Shown here: piece by piece, positions 46,501 to 56,504 of the stretch
How the letters are laid out: each line of letters starts with the position of its first letter
Numbering within the stretch: the first letter of the stretch is position 1
From: a phage
Direction: 5' to 3' (one strand)
Sequence record: NC_135730.1
Length of the DNA stretch: 64,000 bases
The notes under the pieces: model-generated
Seen by the model: the letters and a program-made list of their open reading frames with translations, nothing else
Databases searched by the model: none
What the model was told of the DNA's origin: nothing
Position numbers and translations under genes: made by a program

Positions 46501-46722
46501 TTAGTAAAACTGAAGAATGTCTTTTAAAGCGAAGTCACGATATTCGCCCTTGTCTACATCGAAGGCACGCATCAACCACTGCTCTTCTTTATGATACTCT
46601 GTAGAGCCAAACCATAAATTAGGCTCAGTAACGCAGCGATCTGCAACAACACCTTTCCAGTTACGGTATTTCATCCTGATCAGGACTGAGTCGCAAGGAT
46701 TGAATACCTTTTTCATCCCCAT
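46501..46722 (-). CDS. hypothetical protein
   Basis: 73-aa track ORF. Confidence 0.5.
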   Translation of the reverse strand: MGMKKVFNPCDSVLIRMKYRNWKGVVADRCVTEPNLWFGSTEYHKEEQWLMRAFDVDKGEYRDFALKDILQFY

Positions 46723-47266
46723 AGAAATCTCTCTCCTCAGTTTTCTTTATAAACTCCTGCATGTAGAGCTCAATAGCCTCATGCTTGGTGCACTCTGGAT
46801 TAATGACAAGATTGAGATCTGATTCTGCTCGTGCAATAATCGTAGCTTTAGAGCATCTCCTCAAGAACTTTGTCATATCATCTCTGTAGTTTTTGTGGAG
46901 CGGGAAGTCGCTGTAGTCTTTCTCCAAATAGTCAGCCATCCGGCGCAACGCCTCTGATAAACTGCAATCTGTATACTCGTTACAGTATTTCATCCAGTAT
47001 TTAAGCACATACCCCTCAAAGGTATTAGTGCATTGAGACAAAACACCCCTGCAACGACCAGTCAGATGATCATGATCTAAACAAGGCTTACGAAGTGGCT
47101 CGCACAAGATCGGATCAAGACCATCCTGCTCCTCTGACAATTCTTTTCGAAAGTTGGCTATGTCCTTAGAATCTTTTAACCACCCGTTATGAACTGGGGC
47201 TTTGACAGCTTTCTTTCTTATTTTACGCTTTGCGATAATCCCTCCAGATGAGCCCTGCCTATCCAA
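46661..47266 (-). CDS. endonuclease VII-like Holliday junction resolvase
   Basis: CLDHDHLTGRCRGVLSQCTN parallels T4 endo VII HLDHDHELNG...RGLLCNLCN. Confidence 0.7.
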   Translation of the reverse strand: MDRQGSSGGIIAKRKIRKKAVKAPVHNGWLKDSKDIANFRKELSEEQDGLDPILCEPLRKPCLDHDHLTGRCRGVLSQCTNTFEGYVLKYWMKYCNEYTDCSLSEALRRMADYLEKDYSDFPLHKNYRDDMTKFLRRCSKATIIARAESDLNLVINPECTKHEAIELYMQEFIKKTEERDFYGDEKGIQSLRLSPDQDEIP

Positions 47267-47847
47267 TAAGCATCTGCGAGATCGGTCTTACCTTGTACCA
47301 AATTGATCCCGTCTAGGAACCCAGGTTCAGATACTTCGCAGGCCTTAACCATCAACTTTTTATCCATTGTAACAGGTTTCTTCACAGTATGCTCTTTACC
47401 TGTCTTTTTGTCAAGCTTTTTCTTCTCCTCAAAAGCAAGTTCTTCAGGAAGATGACTACGAGCAAACTTTTTGGCAGTTGTTGGTGTCACTGTGTGGACC
47501 TTAAACAGGCCGTCATTTTCACAATCAGCTAAGGCATCCCAAAGCATAATTTCAAGACCGTAAAACAACCCAGCCAGTTCACGTGTGGCATCCCCGCGTG
47601 ATCCAAAGGAAAGCCCTTCCATAACCACGGTGTCAACGTGATGCGTGTGGATATAATATCTGACCTGTTTGCAGATCCAGTCAATACGCTCAGCAGCTGT
47701 TGCAAAAGAAACCGTCCCTGGTTTCTTCTCTTTTGCAGATGAGCTTTGAGTTCGTAACACAACCTTATGAACAGGCTTTCCATCGTCCCATACAACGCAA
47801 GCTGTGTGTGTCAACGACTGGTCTATGGATAATAGACGCTCTCTCAT
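47218..47847 (-). CDS. putative RuvC/YqgF-like nuclease
   Basis: N-terminal LLSIDQSLTHTACVV resembles the RuvC-fold first catalytic strand. Confidence 0.4.
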   Translation of the reverse strand: MRERLLSIDQSLTHTACVVWDDGKPVHKVVLRTQSSSAKEKKPGTVSFATAAERIDWICKQVRYYIHTHHVDTVVMEGLSFGSRGDATRELAGLFYGLEIMLWDALADCENDGLFKVHTVTPTTAKKFARSHLPEELAFEEKKKLDKKTGKEHTVKKPVTMDKKLMVKACEVSEPGFLDGINLVQGKTDLADAYWIGRAHLEGLSQSVK

Positions 47848-48179
47848 GCTTCCTCATCCTCCTCTCCTTCATCAGGAGCATAAGCCTTATCTTTGAACAA
47901 GACGAGAGAGCAAAGCTTAACATCTGTTTCCACACTGGTGAACATGCATAACCGCTCGCCCTCAATCAACTCACAATCCTCTTTTAAAACAGCAGACCAT
48001 ACACGGTCATCTGCGTAATCATCTGTGTACAGGATGTATGAAATAGTGTCATCTTCATACAACCGCCACATACCTGTGGCAACAATAAATGTATTTTTTG
48101 TTTTAATGGTCCCTGTTGTATGATCATCCTCAAAAACAGCTTCCATAATTGCATTATCTACAGAATTTTTAGTCATCAA
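47844..48179 (-). CDS. hypothetical acidic protein
   Basis: 111-aa track ORF. Confidence 0.55.
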   Translation of the reverse strand: MMTKNSVDNAIMEAVFEDDHTTGTIKTKNTFIVATGMWRLYEDDTISYILYTDDYADDRVWSAVLKEDCELIEGERLCMFTSVETDVKLCSLVLFKDKAYAPDEGEEDEEA

Positions 48180-49315
48180 ATTGCTCCAACATTTCTAAGA
48201 ACGTTAACAAGTTTTGTTCGATCATTGAATGTTCGCTTCATATACAAACAGTCAAAAATTATACTCATCCACTGACCTACGGAAATTCTACGATCAATAC
48301 CATTGAAGTCAGTATACTTAACAACACCTTTCGGGAACCACTTCTTGTACTGATCAATAATAGCCGCCCACATCTCCTTTGGAGTGCTGCACTGAGACAG
48401 TAGGTAGAATGCTGAGGCATCCCCGAACTTACCCTTACCGATAAGTCCTTGATACGGCTTGATGTTGTCAGCAGAGTCACCACACAGCATTTGGTATCCG
48501 AAGAACAGCATTCCGTAACCACCAACCTCTCCATTAGGCTTCATGAAGATGTTACCCATACCGTTATCGATCAGCATAGGGGTTTCCCTTACAAAATCTC
48601 CCTTATCATTTCGCATGGGATCGAACACAAGCCCCGGTAGTGTTCTTTGGTCCTTATCAATAGAGATAATAAACTTGTTGAACTTACCTGTTTTTTGGTA
48701 GTGGTTCCAACCTTCAAATTGCTGGATAGCTAACCAGTCGTCAGCCTCGATACCGTTGATCACTTGAGCATTATACTGCTTTTGGAGATACTGTCTTGCA
48801 TCTCCAAGCAGCAGTGGTCGAAGAGTATTGTTACGGTTGGCTTTATATCTTTCCGGCATTGGGAGATCTAGTCTGAAGTTACCTGTGCCTCCCAGCACCC
48901 CAACGCACCGATCTTCCGGAATACCGAGATAATTAAGGACTGCATTAGCTTTACACTTAATTGTGTGCAAGCAGTTCTCTACAGGATCTGGGGTTTGGAT
49001 ATCCAAGACGTCGAAATCTTCTCGTGTCCACGGAATAAACTCCTTGCCAGCCTTTTTACATGCAGCTTCACGGTTGGTATTCTCAGCTTTTAACCAACCA
49101 CCAACGGTGTTCTTCTGCCGCCCCCAGAACTCTGTTCGTGTTTTAAACATCTTCTTACGTCCGGAGGCTTTGTGTGTTACCTCAATTGTCCTTTTTTCAC
49201 AACTTGCTGCAGCTTGATATGCAACCTGATCGAAGTCATAATAAACTATAGCGTCAGGTTCAAGAAGATCAGCCAGACAATCTATGGACTCAATAAGTGG
49301 ATATTCTCTACTCAA
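48176..49315 (-). CDS. putative 5'-3' exonuclease / flap endonuclease
   Basis: INGIEADDWLA resembles FEN motif G(Y/I)EADD. Confidence 0.5.
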   Translation of the reverse strand: MSREYPLIESIDCLADLLEPDAIVYYDFDQVAYQAAASCEKRTIEVTHKASGRKKMFKTRTEFWGRQKNTVGGWLKAENTNREAACKKAGKEFIPWTREDFDVLDIQTPDPVENCLHTIKCKANAVLNYLGIPEDRCVGVLGGTGNFRLDLPMPERYKANRNNTLRPLLLGDARQYLQKQYNAQVINGIEADDWLAIQQFEGWNHYQKTGKFNKFIISIDKDQRTLPGLVFDPMRNDKGDFVRETPMLIDNGMGNIFMKPNGEVGGYGMLFFGYQMLCGDSADNIKPYQGLIGKGKFGDASAFYLLSQCSTPKEMWAAIIDQYKKWFPKGVVKYTDFNGIDRRISVGQWMSIIFDCLYMKRTFNDRTKLVNVLRNVGAI

Positions 49316-49616
49316 AGACCCTCCTGTTAGTTATTCTGCAAGATGGTTGGATGCTGTAATGGAATGCATCATCACTCTCTGCAATAAGTGACTCAACATC
49401 CCAATACTTTTCAAAAAGGAACGGATTAGACCCCCAGTGGTGGGTTATTTTCATCAAGGAGTCTGGTATCATATAACCACAGATCTTAATTACATCGCCA
49501 GGTTGAATTGTGTTTTCATGAAGGTTGCTTGCCTTCTTCAGAATCATACCTTTATGATTCTCGTTTGCATACAACTGGACAATATCTTTATCTTCAATAA
49601 TAAAAATTTTAAGCAT
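49308..49616 (-). CDS. hypothetical protein
   Basis: 102-aa track ORF. Confidence 0.55.
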   Translation of the reverse strand: MLKIFIIEDKDIVQLYANENHKGMILKKASNLHENTIQPGDVIKICGYMIPDSLMKITHHWGSNPFLFEKYWDVESLIAESDDAFHYSIQPSCRITNRRVFE

Positions 49617-49675
49617 ATCTAGTTCTCCTAGTTTATAGATATCTGACCGATAATATCAGATTAATAACACTTTTG

Positions 49676-49969
49676 TCAAGACTTTTTAGTCTTTCTTGGA
49701 GAGCTTTTTGTTGATCTTTTCCTTTTGTGGTAGATTCCAAGTGCAGCGTTTTCTTGGGCGCACGTTTTAACAGTTCTCAGACAAGAACTTTCAGCTTTAG
49801 GCAGGTTTAACTCCCACCAACCAAGCCAGTAAAGTTCTGATTCAGACAACTGCTCAGATTCAGCCTTCCGATACAAGGCTTGCATACCTCTGATGATATC
49901 GTCCAGAGGTGTATCGAATACAAAAGCTGTCTTATCGAATTTCTCTTTTACAGGTCTCTTAGCCATCAA
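49676..49969 (-). CDS. hypothetical protein
   Basis: 97-aa track ORF. Confidence 0.55.
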   Translation of the reverse strand: MMAKRPVKEKFDKTAFVFDTPLDDIIRGMQALYRKAESEQLSESELYWLGWWELNLPKAESSCLRTVKTCAQENAALGIYHKRKRSTKSSPRKTKKS

Positions 49970-50423
49970 GGTAACCCTCTATCCACGAAAAGTCAGTCTT
50001 CCATTCTGGAACTTTACTAAGCTCACGCCACTCTGCAAAGCAGTCTCGGTAATACGCCTCTGCCATACCTTTGGTGATCTTATTCACCTTAGCCAACTGA
50101 TTAACTGCCTGAGCATACTTTCCACGGATATTTGCTAACCCAGGATGCACCGATGTGTGACAATCTGGGCACAACGCTATCAGTCCGACAAGCCGGATCA
50201 CTCCCTCTTCGAAAGTGTAAAGTTCATGACACTCCACTGGGTGTTTGCTGCCTTTACCGCCGCACACCTCACAGGTGTAGTTGGCTTCTCTATAGCACTT
50301 CTTGCGGATCTTATCCCACTCACTCTTCTTTACAGCGTTTCGGAGGTTATTATACCAAGCTGTTTCTGGGATCAGTTGCACAATAAGCCTGCGTTCAGAC
50401 TTCATTAAACGTCCGTCTTCCAC
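49959..50423 (-). CDS. putative HNH/Zn-finger nuclease
   Basis: CEVCGG...HPVECHELYTF...CPDCH. Confidence 0.45.
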   Translation of the reverse strand: MEDGRLMKSERRLIVQLIPETAWYNNLRNAVKKSEWDKIRKKCYREANYTCEVCGGKGSKHPVECHELYTFEEGVIRLVGLIALCPDCHTSVHPGLANIRGKYAQAVNQLAKVNKITKGMAEAYYRDCFAEWRELSKVPEWKTDFSWIEGYLDG

Positions 50424-50432
50424 GTATTCTCC

Positions 50433-50639
50433 TCATTCAAAGAAATGGGTGCGAGGGCAGGAACCTGCCTCACCTTGTTTCACAAGTTCGTAGAGCTCAC
50501 CTTGGCTTGTCTCATAAAGGCAAATACGTTTACCATTGTCCCGATATACATCGACAAGATACGCTGTTTCACCTGCAAACACGACACCACAGGCCAGACA
50601 TGCTGCCATGAACAAAATTGCCAACAGAAAATCTTTCAT
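50433..50639 (-). CDS. small lipoprotein
   Basis: LFMAACLACG signal plus lipobox Cys; 68 aa; immediately downstream of endolysin. Confidence 0.55.
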   Translation of the reverse strand: MKDFLLAILFMAACLACGVVFAGETAYLVDVYRDNGKRICLYETSQGELYELVKQGEAGSCPRTHFFE

Positions 50640-50702
50640 GGTTAAACCCTCCTAAACATTTTATGAGGTAAAAATACCACGTCCGTGTGGTTATGTCAAT
50701 GA

Positions 50703-51173
50703 TCAATCAAGGACAACACCGCCTGCCTTTTTAAACACCTCGATCAACTTCTCAATCTTCTGTTCATGCTGACCATATCCAGCACCAGGTAACGAAGCCC
50801 AGCGGGAACGGCATTTATGGATAGCCTGGTGAATACGACCTTCATCAATATCATCGAGCGCCTTACACTCACGGATCAGTTGCAACGCAATCTTGTCCTG
50901 GCTGGCAGGTCCAAAATCTGGTAATCCTAGCTGTTTCATATAGTGTTTAGCAAACTTCTCCAAAATCTGGTAACGCCCAGCAGCAGAAGAGGTAAGTTTA
51001 GCATTTAGCTTAACGTAAACACCTGGATGCTTGCTGTAATCGCTGAACAGATTGCCACCGACTATGACATCGTATCCACGATCCTTGGTAGGTTGTCTAC
51101 CATTATCTGTGCCTTCTGAATATGCGATCATATCCAAGAAAGCTTTTCGTTGAACATTTTTATCAAGTTTCAT
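50703..51173 (-). CDS. endolysin, lambda R-like lytic transglycosylase
   Basis: QRKAFLDM...EGTDNGRQ...GYDVIVGG...AGRYQ...WASLPGAGYGQ closely parallels lambda R as recalled. Confidence 0.85.
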   Translation of the reverse strand: MKLDKNVQRKAFLDMIAYSEGTDNGRQPTKDRGYDVIVGGNLFSDYSKHPGVYVKLNAKLTSSAAGRYQILEKFAKHYMKQLGLPDFGPASQDKIALQLIRECKALDDIDEGRIHQAIHKCRSRWASLPGAGYGQHEQKIEKLIEVFKKAGGVVLD

Positions 51174-51296
51174 TTTTCATACTCTCCAGTTTACTCATAA
51201 CTAACCCGATCAACAACACTACACAGTGTGGTTATGTAGGTGCCGATTGAAAACCATCATTCAATTGGCTACCGTTACCTACTGAACCTTCCTACA

Positions 51297-52580
51297 TCAT
51301 TCAAGCACCTCCCAAGTATCTGGGTTAACATTTCGGACGCAGATACCGACAGGGAATTGGTAGTTGTTGTCTTCTGTCCTTGCTTGGTATTTGAAGGTGA
51401 CAAACTTGCCGATCATTTCCTGCATCCTGTCATAGCTACGCTCCTCGTGCGTGCCTTTCATCTTCATTTTAACAACAATACCTTCCTTGTCAACGCAGAT
51501 AAGAACACCTTCATCATTCTTATCTTTCTCAACGTCAATAACTTTCACCTCTGCGTCGTTGAACTTTTTCCATTTCAATGCTTCAGATGTTCGCTGACCG
51601 TACTCGTATTTACCGCAGAAATTACGCATGATAGTACCTTCATATCCTTCGGACATGAATATACCAACAGATTCTTCGCAATGATCAACTGTGTACGCAA
51701 GCTCTGCGTCAACAACCTTGATATGGTCAAGCATCAGAGTGGTAACGGTATCCTCTGCATCCATAAGATCCTTGCAGCGTCCAGACTCTGTTTCTGGATC
51801 CCACCACACCTTGTCGCTAGGAATATCAAAAATGTGATACTCCAGATCGTAGCTACAGTATCCACCGTAACGCAAATCATCACGAACAGGCTCAACATCG
51901 ACAGGAATATCTACCTTGTTGAAGTTTTTGTATGTTGATAAGCCTGCCTTAATTGCTGCATGACGGCGTTTTTTATCTGCCTCATAGTCTTTATCGATCT
52001 CGGCCTGAATCTCTTCCTGTGTGCGCCACCGTTTAGCAAGAGACACTATTTTCTGCAAAGGAAGACCATGAATGTATAGTTCCCCATCAAGTTGTTTAAT
52101 CCCAGTGGTAGAATGGAAAGAACGAAGTTGCTCTAAAAGCTTTCCTTGAATAGGGTAGGACTTATTACCACGGGAAATAAATTTAGGCTCACCATTTTGG
52201 AAAACAACAAGCAGACGAAGGCCATCTAACTTACGCAAGATCCAGCAAGGTAATTTAAGTGCCTTGCCACGCTTCAGGTAGTCATGCACCAGCATAGGTA
52301 AAAGATCAACACCCTGCTCGCAATCTTCCATGTTTTCAACATACCCCAGACGGACTTGTTTTTCCCACTTGCTGATAGCCTCAAGCTCGGCCTGTTGCTC
52401 AGCTGTAGTCTCGTTGGCACGACCTACGTTTTTAGGTGTACATACCGTCTCTTTGTACTGCAATTTACCGTCAAGCTTGCCAAACTCTACGATAACCTTT
52501 TCGCCATCAGTGAATACTTTCCACTGTTGGTAGCTGCCATCTTTGTTCAGTGCGTACAGTGTTGTTTTGATTTGATGCAT
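51297..52580 (-). CDS. ATP-dependent DNA ligase
   Basis: adenylation motif I KLDGLR; 427 aa. Confidence 0.8.
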   Translation of the reverse strand: MHQIKTTLYALNKDGSYQQWKVFTDGEKVIVEFGKLDGKLQYKETVCTPKNVGRANETTAEQQAELEAISKWEKQVRLGYVENMEDCEQGVDLLPMLVHDYLKRGKALKLPCWILRKLDGLRLLVVFQNGEPKFISRGNKSYPIQGKLLEQLRSFHSTTGIKQLDGELYIHGLPLQKIVSLAKRWRTQEEIQAEIDKDYEADKKRRHAAIKAGLSTYKNFNKVDIPVDVEPVRDDLRYGGYCSYDLEYHIFDIPSDKVWWDPETESGRCKDLMDAEDTVTTLMLDHIKVVDAELAYTVDHCEESVGIFMSEGYEGTIMRNFCGKYEYGQRTSEALKWKKFNDAEVKVIDVEKDKNDEGVLICVDKEGIVVKMKMKGTHEERSYDRMQEMIGKFVTFKYQARTEDNNYQFPVGICVRNVNPDTWEVLE

Positions 52581-52849
52581 TACTCGGCCTCTTCCTTAAA
52601 AATTTTAAACATCTCTTCTTTACTCATTACCAACCAGTCTCCCATAAAGTCAACTAACCAATCTCCCTGGTACAAAACCAAGTTGCCAAACGGCTCAACA
52701 AGCTCACACATGCGACGAATATCTCTGGTCCGAACAGGTGACGATGTAAACACACCTGTATCAATCCACCGTTGCAGATCAGATACTGATGAAGAGCTTC
52801 CATCAAACTGGTGTGCTTCTACAGGTTTAGCAAGATTAAATAACGGCAT
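52580..52849 (-). CDS. hypothetical protein
   Basis: 89-aa track ORF. Confidence 0.55.
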   Translation of the reverse strand: MPLFNLAKPVEAHQFDGSSSSVSDLQRWIDTGVFTSSPVRTRDIRRMCELVEPFGNLVLYQGDWLVDFMGDWLVMSKEEMFKIFKEEAE

Positions 52850-53144
52850 TGCAGTCCTCCTTCTGTAGTAGGTCTTTTATAGGATAAACAAGTAAGTGTG
52901 GATAGGAATAACGTATAGTCCTATTCTGCCACACTATGAACTTTATTACAACCAAATTTACAATATCTTTATCACCATGTAGCCCAACACACACATTTGT
53001 CCATATTTTGTGGTTGAAGATCTTGCTATCGATGTAGATTTTAGTGTCAAACTTATCTTCCATTCTACCTATAAGTTTGATCAGCTCCTTCATCTGATCG
53101 CCAAACACAGCATCTTTTTCAAGATCTCTGGAATGCTTGTACAT
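52836..53144 (-). CDS. hypothetical protein
   Basis: 102-aa track ORF. Confidence 0.55.
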   Translation of the reverse strand: MYKHSRDLEKDAVFGDQMKELIKLIGRMEDKFDTKIYIDSKIFNHKIWTNVCVGLHGDKDIVNLVVIKFIVWQNRTIRYSYPHLLVYPIKDLLQKEDCNAVI

Positions 53145-53206
53145 AACTAACTACCTCACTGCATACTTTCCATAATAAGTAAAGCCGGGTAATCCCGGCT
53201 ATGTTG

Positions 53207-53920
53207 TTAAATATACTCTGTTACATCCTTGAAGCTCGAAGGCTTCATGATCTTACCTTTACTGTCAAGGAATATGATAACTTTATTACCGTTGTAGAAT
53301 TCTTCCTTGGCAACAAAACCTTCATATCGACCATCAAAGCGGCGTTCAAGATCTTTAATCTCCAACTCGATTAGTTGTTCAGCAGGCATATCTGCACTGG
53401 CACCGTGTGAATACCGTAGATGGTTGACCCGTGCAAACTTGCTGTCATTCGATTTGAGAACCTTACGCATCATCCCGCACACATCGCCGCGAAGCTGGAA
53501 CAGCAAAGCTGTTGACAACTCTGCTAAGCGGTAAGCAGACGCTCTTTGCTTAGAGGTGTTTTTCGCAGCGATCAGTGTATCATAGAACTCGCCGATCTTG
53601 AACTTAAGACCTCGTGGATTATCAAACAGGTTTGACCACTTTTCGTGATTATCATTAACAAGATAAGCGGCATAACTTGTGACAACGTGAAGATCGCAGG
53701 CCTCTTTTAGCAGGTGATCTCCACCATCACCTTTCTCCAGCTCTTCCAAAACCTCATTGAACTCTTCCTCAATGAAGCTAAGCTGTAATTCGAATGGCGT
53801 GTATGATTTTTTCACTTTAGCTGCCACACGGTTCCAGTTTTCCACCCAATTGGCAGACCAAAGGTAGTTTTCAGGCTGAGACAGTTTTTCCAGGTTGTCG
53901 ATCAGTTTAGTATTCAGCAT
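53207..53920 (-). CDS. hypothetical protein with MazG-like all-alpha NTP pyrophosphatase motif
   Basis: EEEFNEVLEELEKGD...LLKEACDLHVV resembles MazG/HisE EExxE repeats. Confidence 0.35.
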   Translation of the reverse strand: MLNTKLIDNLEKLSQPENYLWSANWVENWNRVAAKVKKSYTPFELQLSFIEEEFNEVLEELEKGDGGDHLLKEACDLHVVTSYAAYLVNDNHEKWSNLFDNPRGLKFKIGEFYDTLIAAKNTSKQRASAYRLAELSTALLFQLRGDVCGMMRKVLKSNDSKFARVNHLRYSHGASADMPAEQLIELEIKDLERRFDGRYEGFVAKEEFYNGNKVIIFLDSKGKIMKPSSFKDVTEYI

Positions 53921-53933
53921 TAAAGGTCTCCTT

Positions 53934-54695
53934 TTAAAGTTCCATAAAGTTTTCTACAGTTTCAATAAATGCTTTATCAGAGAAAGCGTCAACAGCACCG
54001 TTAAACCATACAGGGATCCCGCGATCCTCATATTGATAAAGGTCGCTACGTGAAATGCCACTTCCATCTGCACTCTGCGAATCATACTTGTTTACAATCA
54101 GCAGTTTTGTTCCTTTACAAGTAGCAGGAAACAATTCCCAGTTAAAATTAATAACTGTGTTAGAACAACCCACTAGGATCACCATATCATTGCTGGTGAG
54201 AGATGTCAACAGGTCATACATGTCTGTATACTTAGGAGCAACCTCGCCGAAGAACACTACATTGGGCTTAACCCAGGTATACTTGCCTGTATCTACCTCC
54301 GTGTATCCGATATTTTTAATTACATCATTACCTTCAGCATCTTCGTAGGTGATTTCAGGCAAATACCCGTGGACATGTAAAATATCTTCATGTTTTACAC
54401 CAGCCCGCTCCAGCAAATCATCTACATTGGTGGTAAGGTTGATCACACGACCAGACCAGCGGGAATACCACTCAGCGATCCGAAGATGTGCAAGGTTAGG
54501 ATCAACACTGCCCAGAGCTACACGACGTGCATTGTAAAAGTCATGCACCTTGTAGTAGTTCTTGGCAAAGGTGTGGATGTTGCACACCTCATCGATGCTG
54601 AAATTCTCCCACATTGCAGTGCTACCAGATCGGAAAGTGGGAATACCAGATTCAGCGCTCAAACCAGCACCGGAGATAATAATCAGTCGTCGCAT
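53934..54695 (-). CDS. Sir2-family NAD-dependent deacylase/ADP-ribosyltransferase
   Basis: GAGLSAESGIPTFRS NAD-binding motif, TTNVDDL, HG. Confidence 0.75.
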   Translation of the reverse strand: MRRLIIISGAGLSAESGIPTFRSGSTAMWENFSIDEVCNIHTFAKNYYKVHDFYNARRVALGSVDPNLAHLRIAEWYSRWSGRVINLTTNVDDLLERAGVKHEDILHVHGYLPEITYEDAEGNDVIKNIGYTEVDTGKYTWVKPNVVFFGEVAPKYTDMYDLLTSLTSNDMVILVGCSNTVINFNWELFPATCKGTKLLIVNKYDSQSADGSGISRSDLYQYEDRGIPVWFNGAVDAFSDKAFIETVENFMEL

Positions 54696-54703
54696 AAGTG
54701 TCC

Positions 54704-55054
54704 TCAGTAGATGTTTTGTTTAATCTCTATTCCAAACTTTTTAAACGAGTCAGCTGCAAGCATGAATTTACGAGCCGCTGATGGGTTAGAAGTATGCACG
54801 AAAATCTTCACGTTGTCAACTACAGGGGGCTTACCAAATACAAATTTTTCCTCCAACATAGATAGGCAATCGTACCCTTCGAACAACTCTCCAAGGTCGT
54901 TGTCCATGTGCCACTCAGAAACGCGTCTGTAGAGCTTTCTATTATCGTTAATAAAATCTATAAACTCGGAGGAATTCTTTAGCCAAACAGCGTCTTGGAG
55001 CCCGTAATTTGACGGATCTCTCAAGTCATCCAGCCACACAATCAACTTCTTCAT
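54704..55054 (-). CDS. hypothetical protein (possible flavodoxin-like fold)
   Basis: 116-aa track ORF; IVWLDDLRDP motif. Confidence 0.5.
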   Translation of the reverse strand: MKKLIVWLDDLRDPSNYGLQDAVWLKNSSEFIDFINDNRKLYRRVSEWHMDNDLGELFEGYDCLSMLEEKFVFGKPPVVDNVKIFVHTSNPSAARKFMLAADSFKKFGIEIKQNIY

Positions 55055-55986
55055 TGCATATAGTTCTCGTTGTGGAAATAGTAATCAAGTATCTCACGGC
55101 GTTCCTGCTCCAGGAGGCAGTTCCACACATCTTCTGTGTAATTGTTACGAATGAAGTTTACCATGCCGTAAAACTCTTCGTCAACACGTTTAAAGATATC
55201 ATCATCCCAAATCTTCCAAGCTTTACCCCTCATTACGGCCTTCCGTGCCAGGTAGTATGGAGACTTGATCTTCAGCTGCAGGTCATAAGGGTAGTAAGGC
55301 TTACGGATCATATACCCTTCGCCCATTGTTTCTGCAGCTAATTCTTTTGCATAGCTGAACGGGATTTCACGCACAGTGTGAGGACGTTTTGCACCAAGGT
55401 ATTTGGCAATCCCATCTAAAGCTGCTTCTGGTAGCATTATTCCAGAATCATTATATCTGCAACCTATCAAATATGCGCCATGGTCTTCTTGAACAATATG
55501 CGGATCTGAAGGGTGACAAATTTCAAACATGAATGTCATGTTTTCATTGCCCATAACCTTCTTGATAAGATCTAAATTACCACATTGCTCTTGGATGGTT
55601 TCCTTTGCAAGGTTACAATATGGAGAATCAAGAGACCCGGTTGTTGAGAACAATAGGTCACCTTTATGAGATGATACCACACCAAGGAATCCGTTCTTTT
55701 TCTCTACCGCCGTCACAAGCTTATTGTCAGGCAGGTTGGTGGAGTTTTCTCCCAAGTTAAACACTTTTGTGAAGGGCCATGCCACAACATTCCCTTCATT
55801 ACCTACAACAATGCCTCGGCACTCCAGCAGACGAGGAGACAAATGCCATAAATTGTTGTAAAATACTTTTCTGGCATATTTATAGATCTTTAATCCAAGA
55901 TCTGGGTAATATCTGCTGGTTACAAGACCTTTGTCAACTAGGTCGTCTGCATTAAAATACTTCATCATGCGTTCCTCATTTGTCAT
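55051..55986 (-). CDS. putative RNA ligase (Rnl1/Trl1-type nucleotidyltransferase)
   Basis: motif I KKNG, motif IV EGYMIRK, motif V LKIK; separate from the KLDG DNA ligase. Confidence 0.55.
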   Translation of the reverse strand: MTNEERMMKYFNADDLVDKGLVTSRYYPDLGLKIYKYARKVFYNNLWHLSPRLLECRGIVVGNEGNVVAWPFTKVFNLGENSTNLPDNKLVTAVEKKNGFLGVVSSHKGDLLFSTTGSLDSPYCNLAKETIQEQCGNLDLIKKVMGNENMTFMFEICHPSDPHIVQEDHGAYLIGCRYNDSGIMLPEAALDGIAKYLGAKRPHTVREIPFSYAKELAAETMGEGYMIRKPYYPYDLQLKIKSPYYLARKAVMRGKAWKIWDDDIFKRVDEEFYGMVNFIRNNYTEDVWNCLLEQERREILDYYFHNENYMQ

Positions 55987-56029
55987 TTTGTCAGTCTATC
56001 CTGCCACACAAATAACCTGGTGTCAACAC

Positions 56030-56058
56030 TTGAAATTAACAAAACAGTTGGGTATACT
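56030..56058 (+). promoter_or_regulatory. sigma70-type promoter in divergent intergenic region
   Basis: TTGAAA, 17 nt, TATACT; a TTGACA box for the minus-strand RNA ligase lies back-to-back. Confidence 0.55.
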
Positions 56059-56087
56059 ATCGTTGAAATTAAAACGGAGGATTACTA

Positions 56088-56497
56088 TGTCTAAAATGCT
56101 ATATATCGTGCGTGGTCTACCAGGGTCTGGCAAATCAACACTGGCAAATGCGCTATCTTTAGACGGTCTGTATCCACATTTTGAGAACGACATGTTCTGG
56201 TACGACGATGATGGAAATTATAACTGGGGTGCAAGTAAAGTAACACTTGCAGCAAAATGGTGCAAAGATAACGTAGAAGATATGATGCGTATGGGATACG
56301 ACCGTATCGTGGTAAGTAATACGTTTACAAAAGAAAAATATGTGCAAGAATATATTGACATGGCGATCAGTCATGGGTATAGTTATACCGTGATCGTGGT
56401 TGAAAACCGCCATGGTAATAAAAGCATTCATGATGTTCCAGACAGGGTTGTGGATCGTATGGAACGCCAGCTTAAAAACTGCATTAAACTTAAATGA
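56088..56497 (+). CDS. polynucleotide 5'-kinase-like P-loop kinase
   Basis: GLPGSGKST resembles T4 Pnk kinase domain GCPGSGKST; ACGGAGGA RBS. Confidence 0.6.
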
Positions 56498-56504
56498 GGA
56501 ATGT

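Noticed and set aside
51240-51938. 232-aa + strand ORF
   Set aside because: Antisense within the DNA ligase gene; low-complexity translation; no RBS
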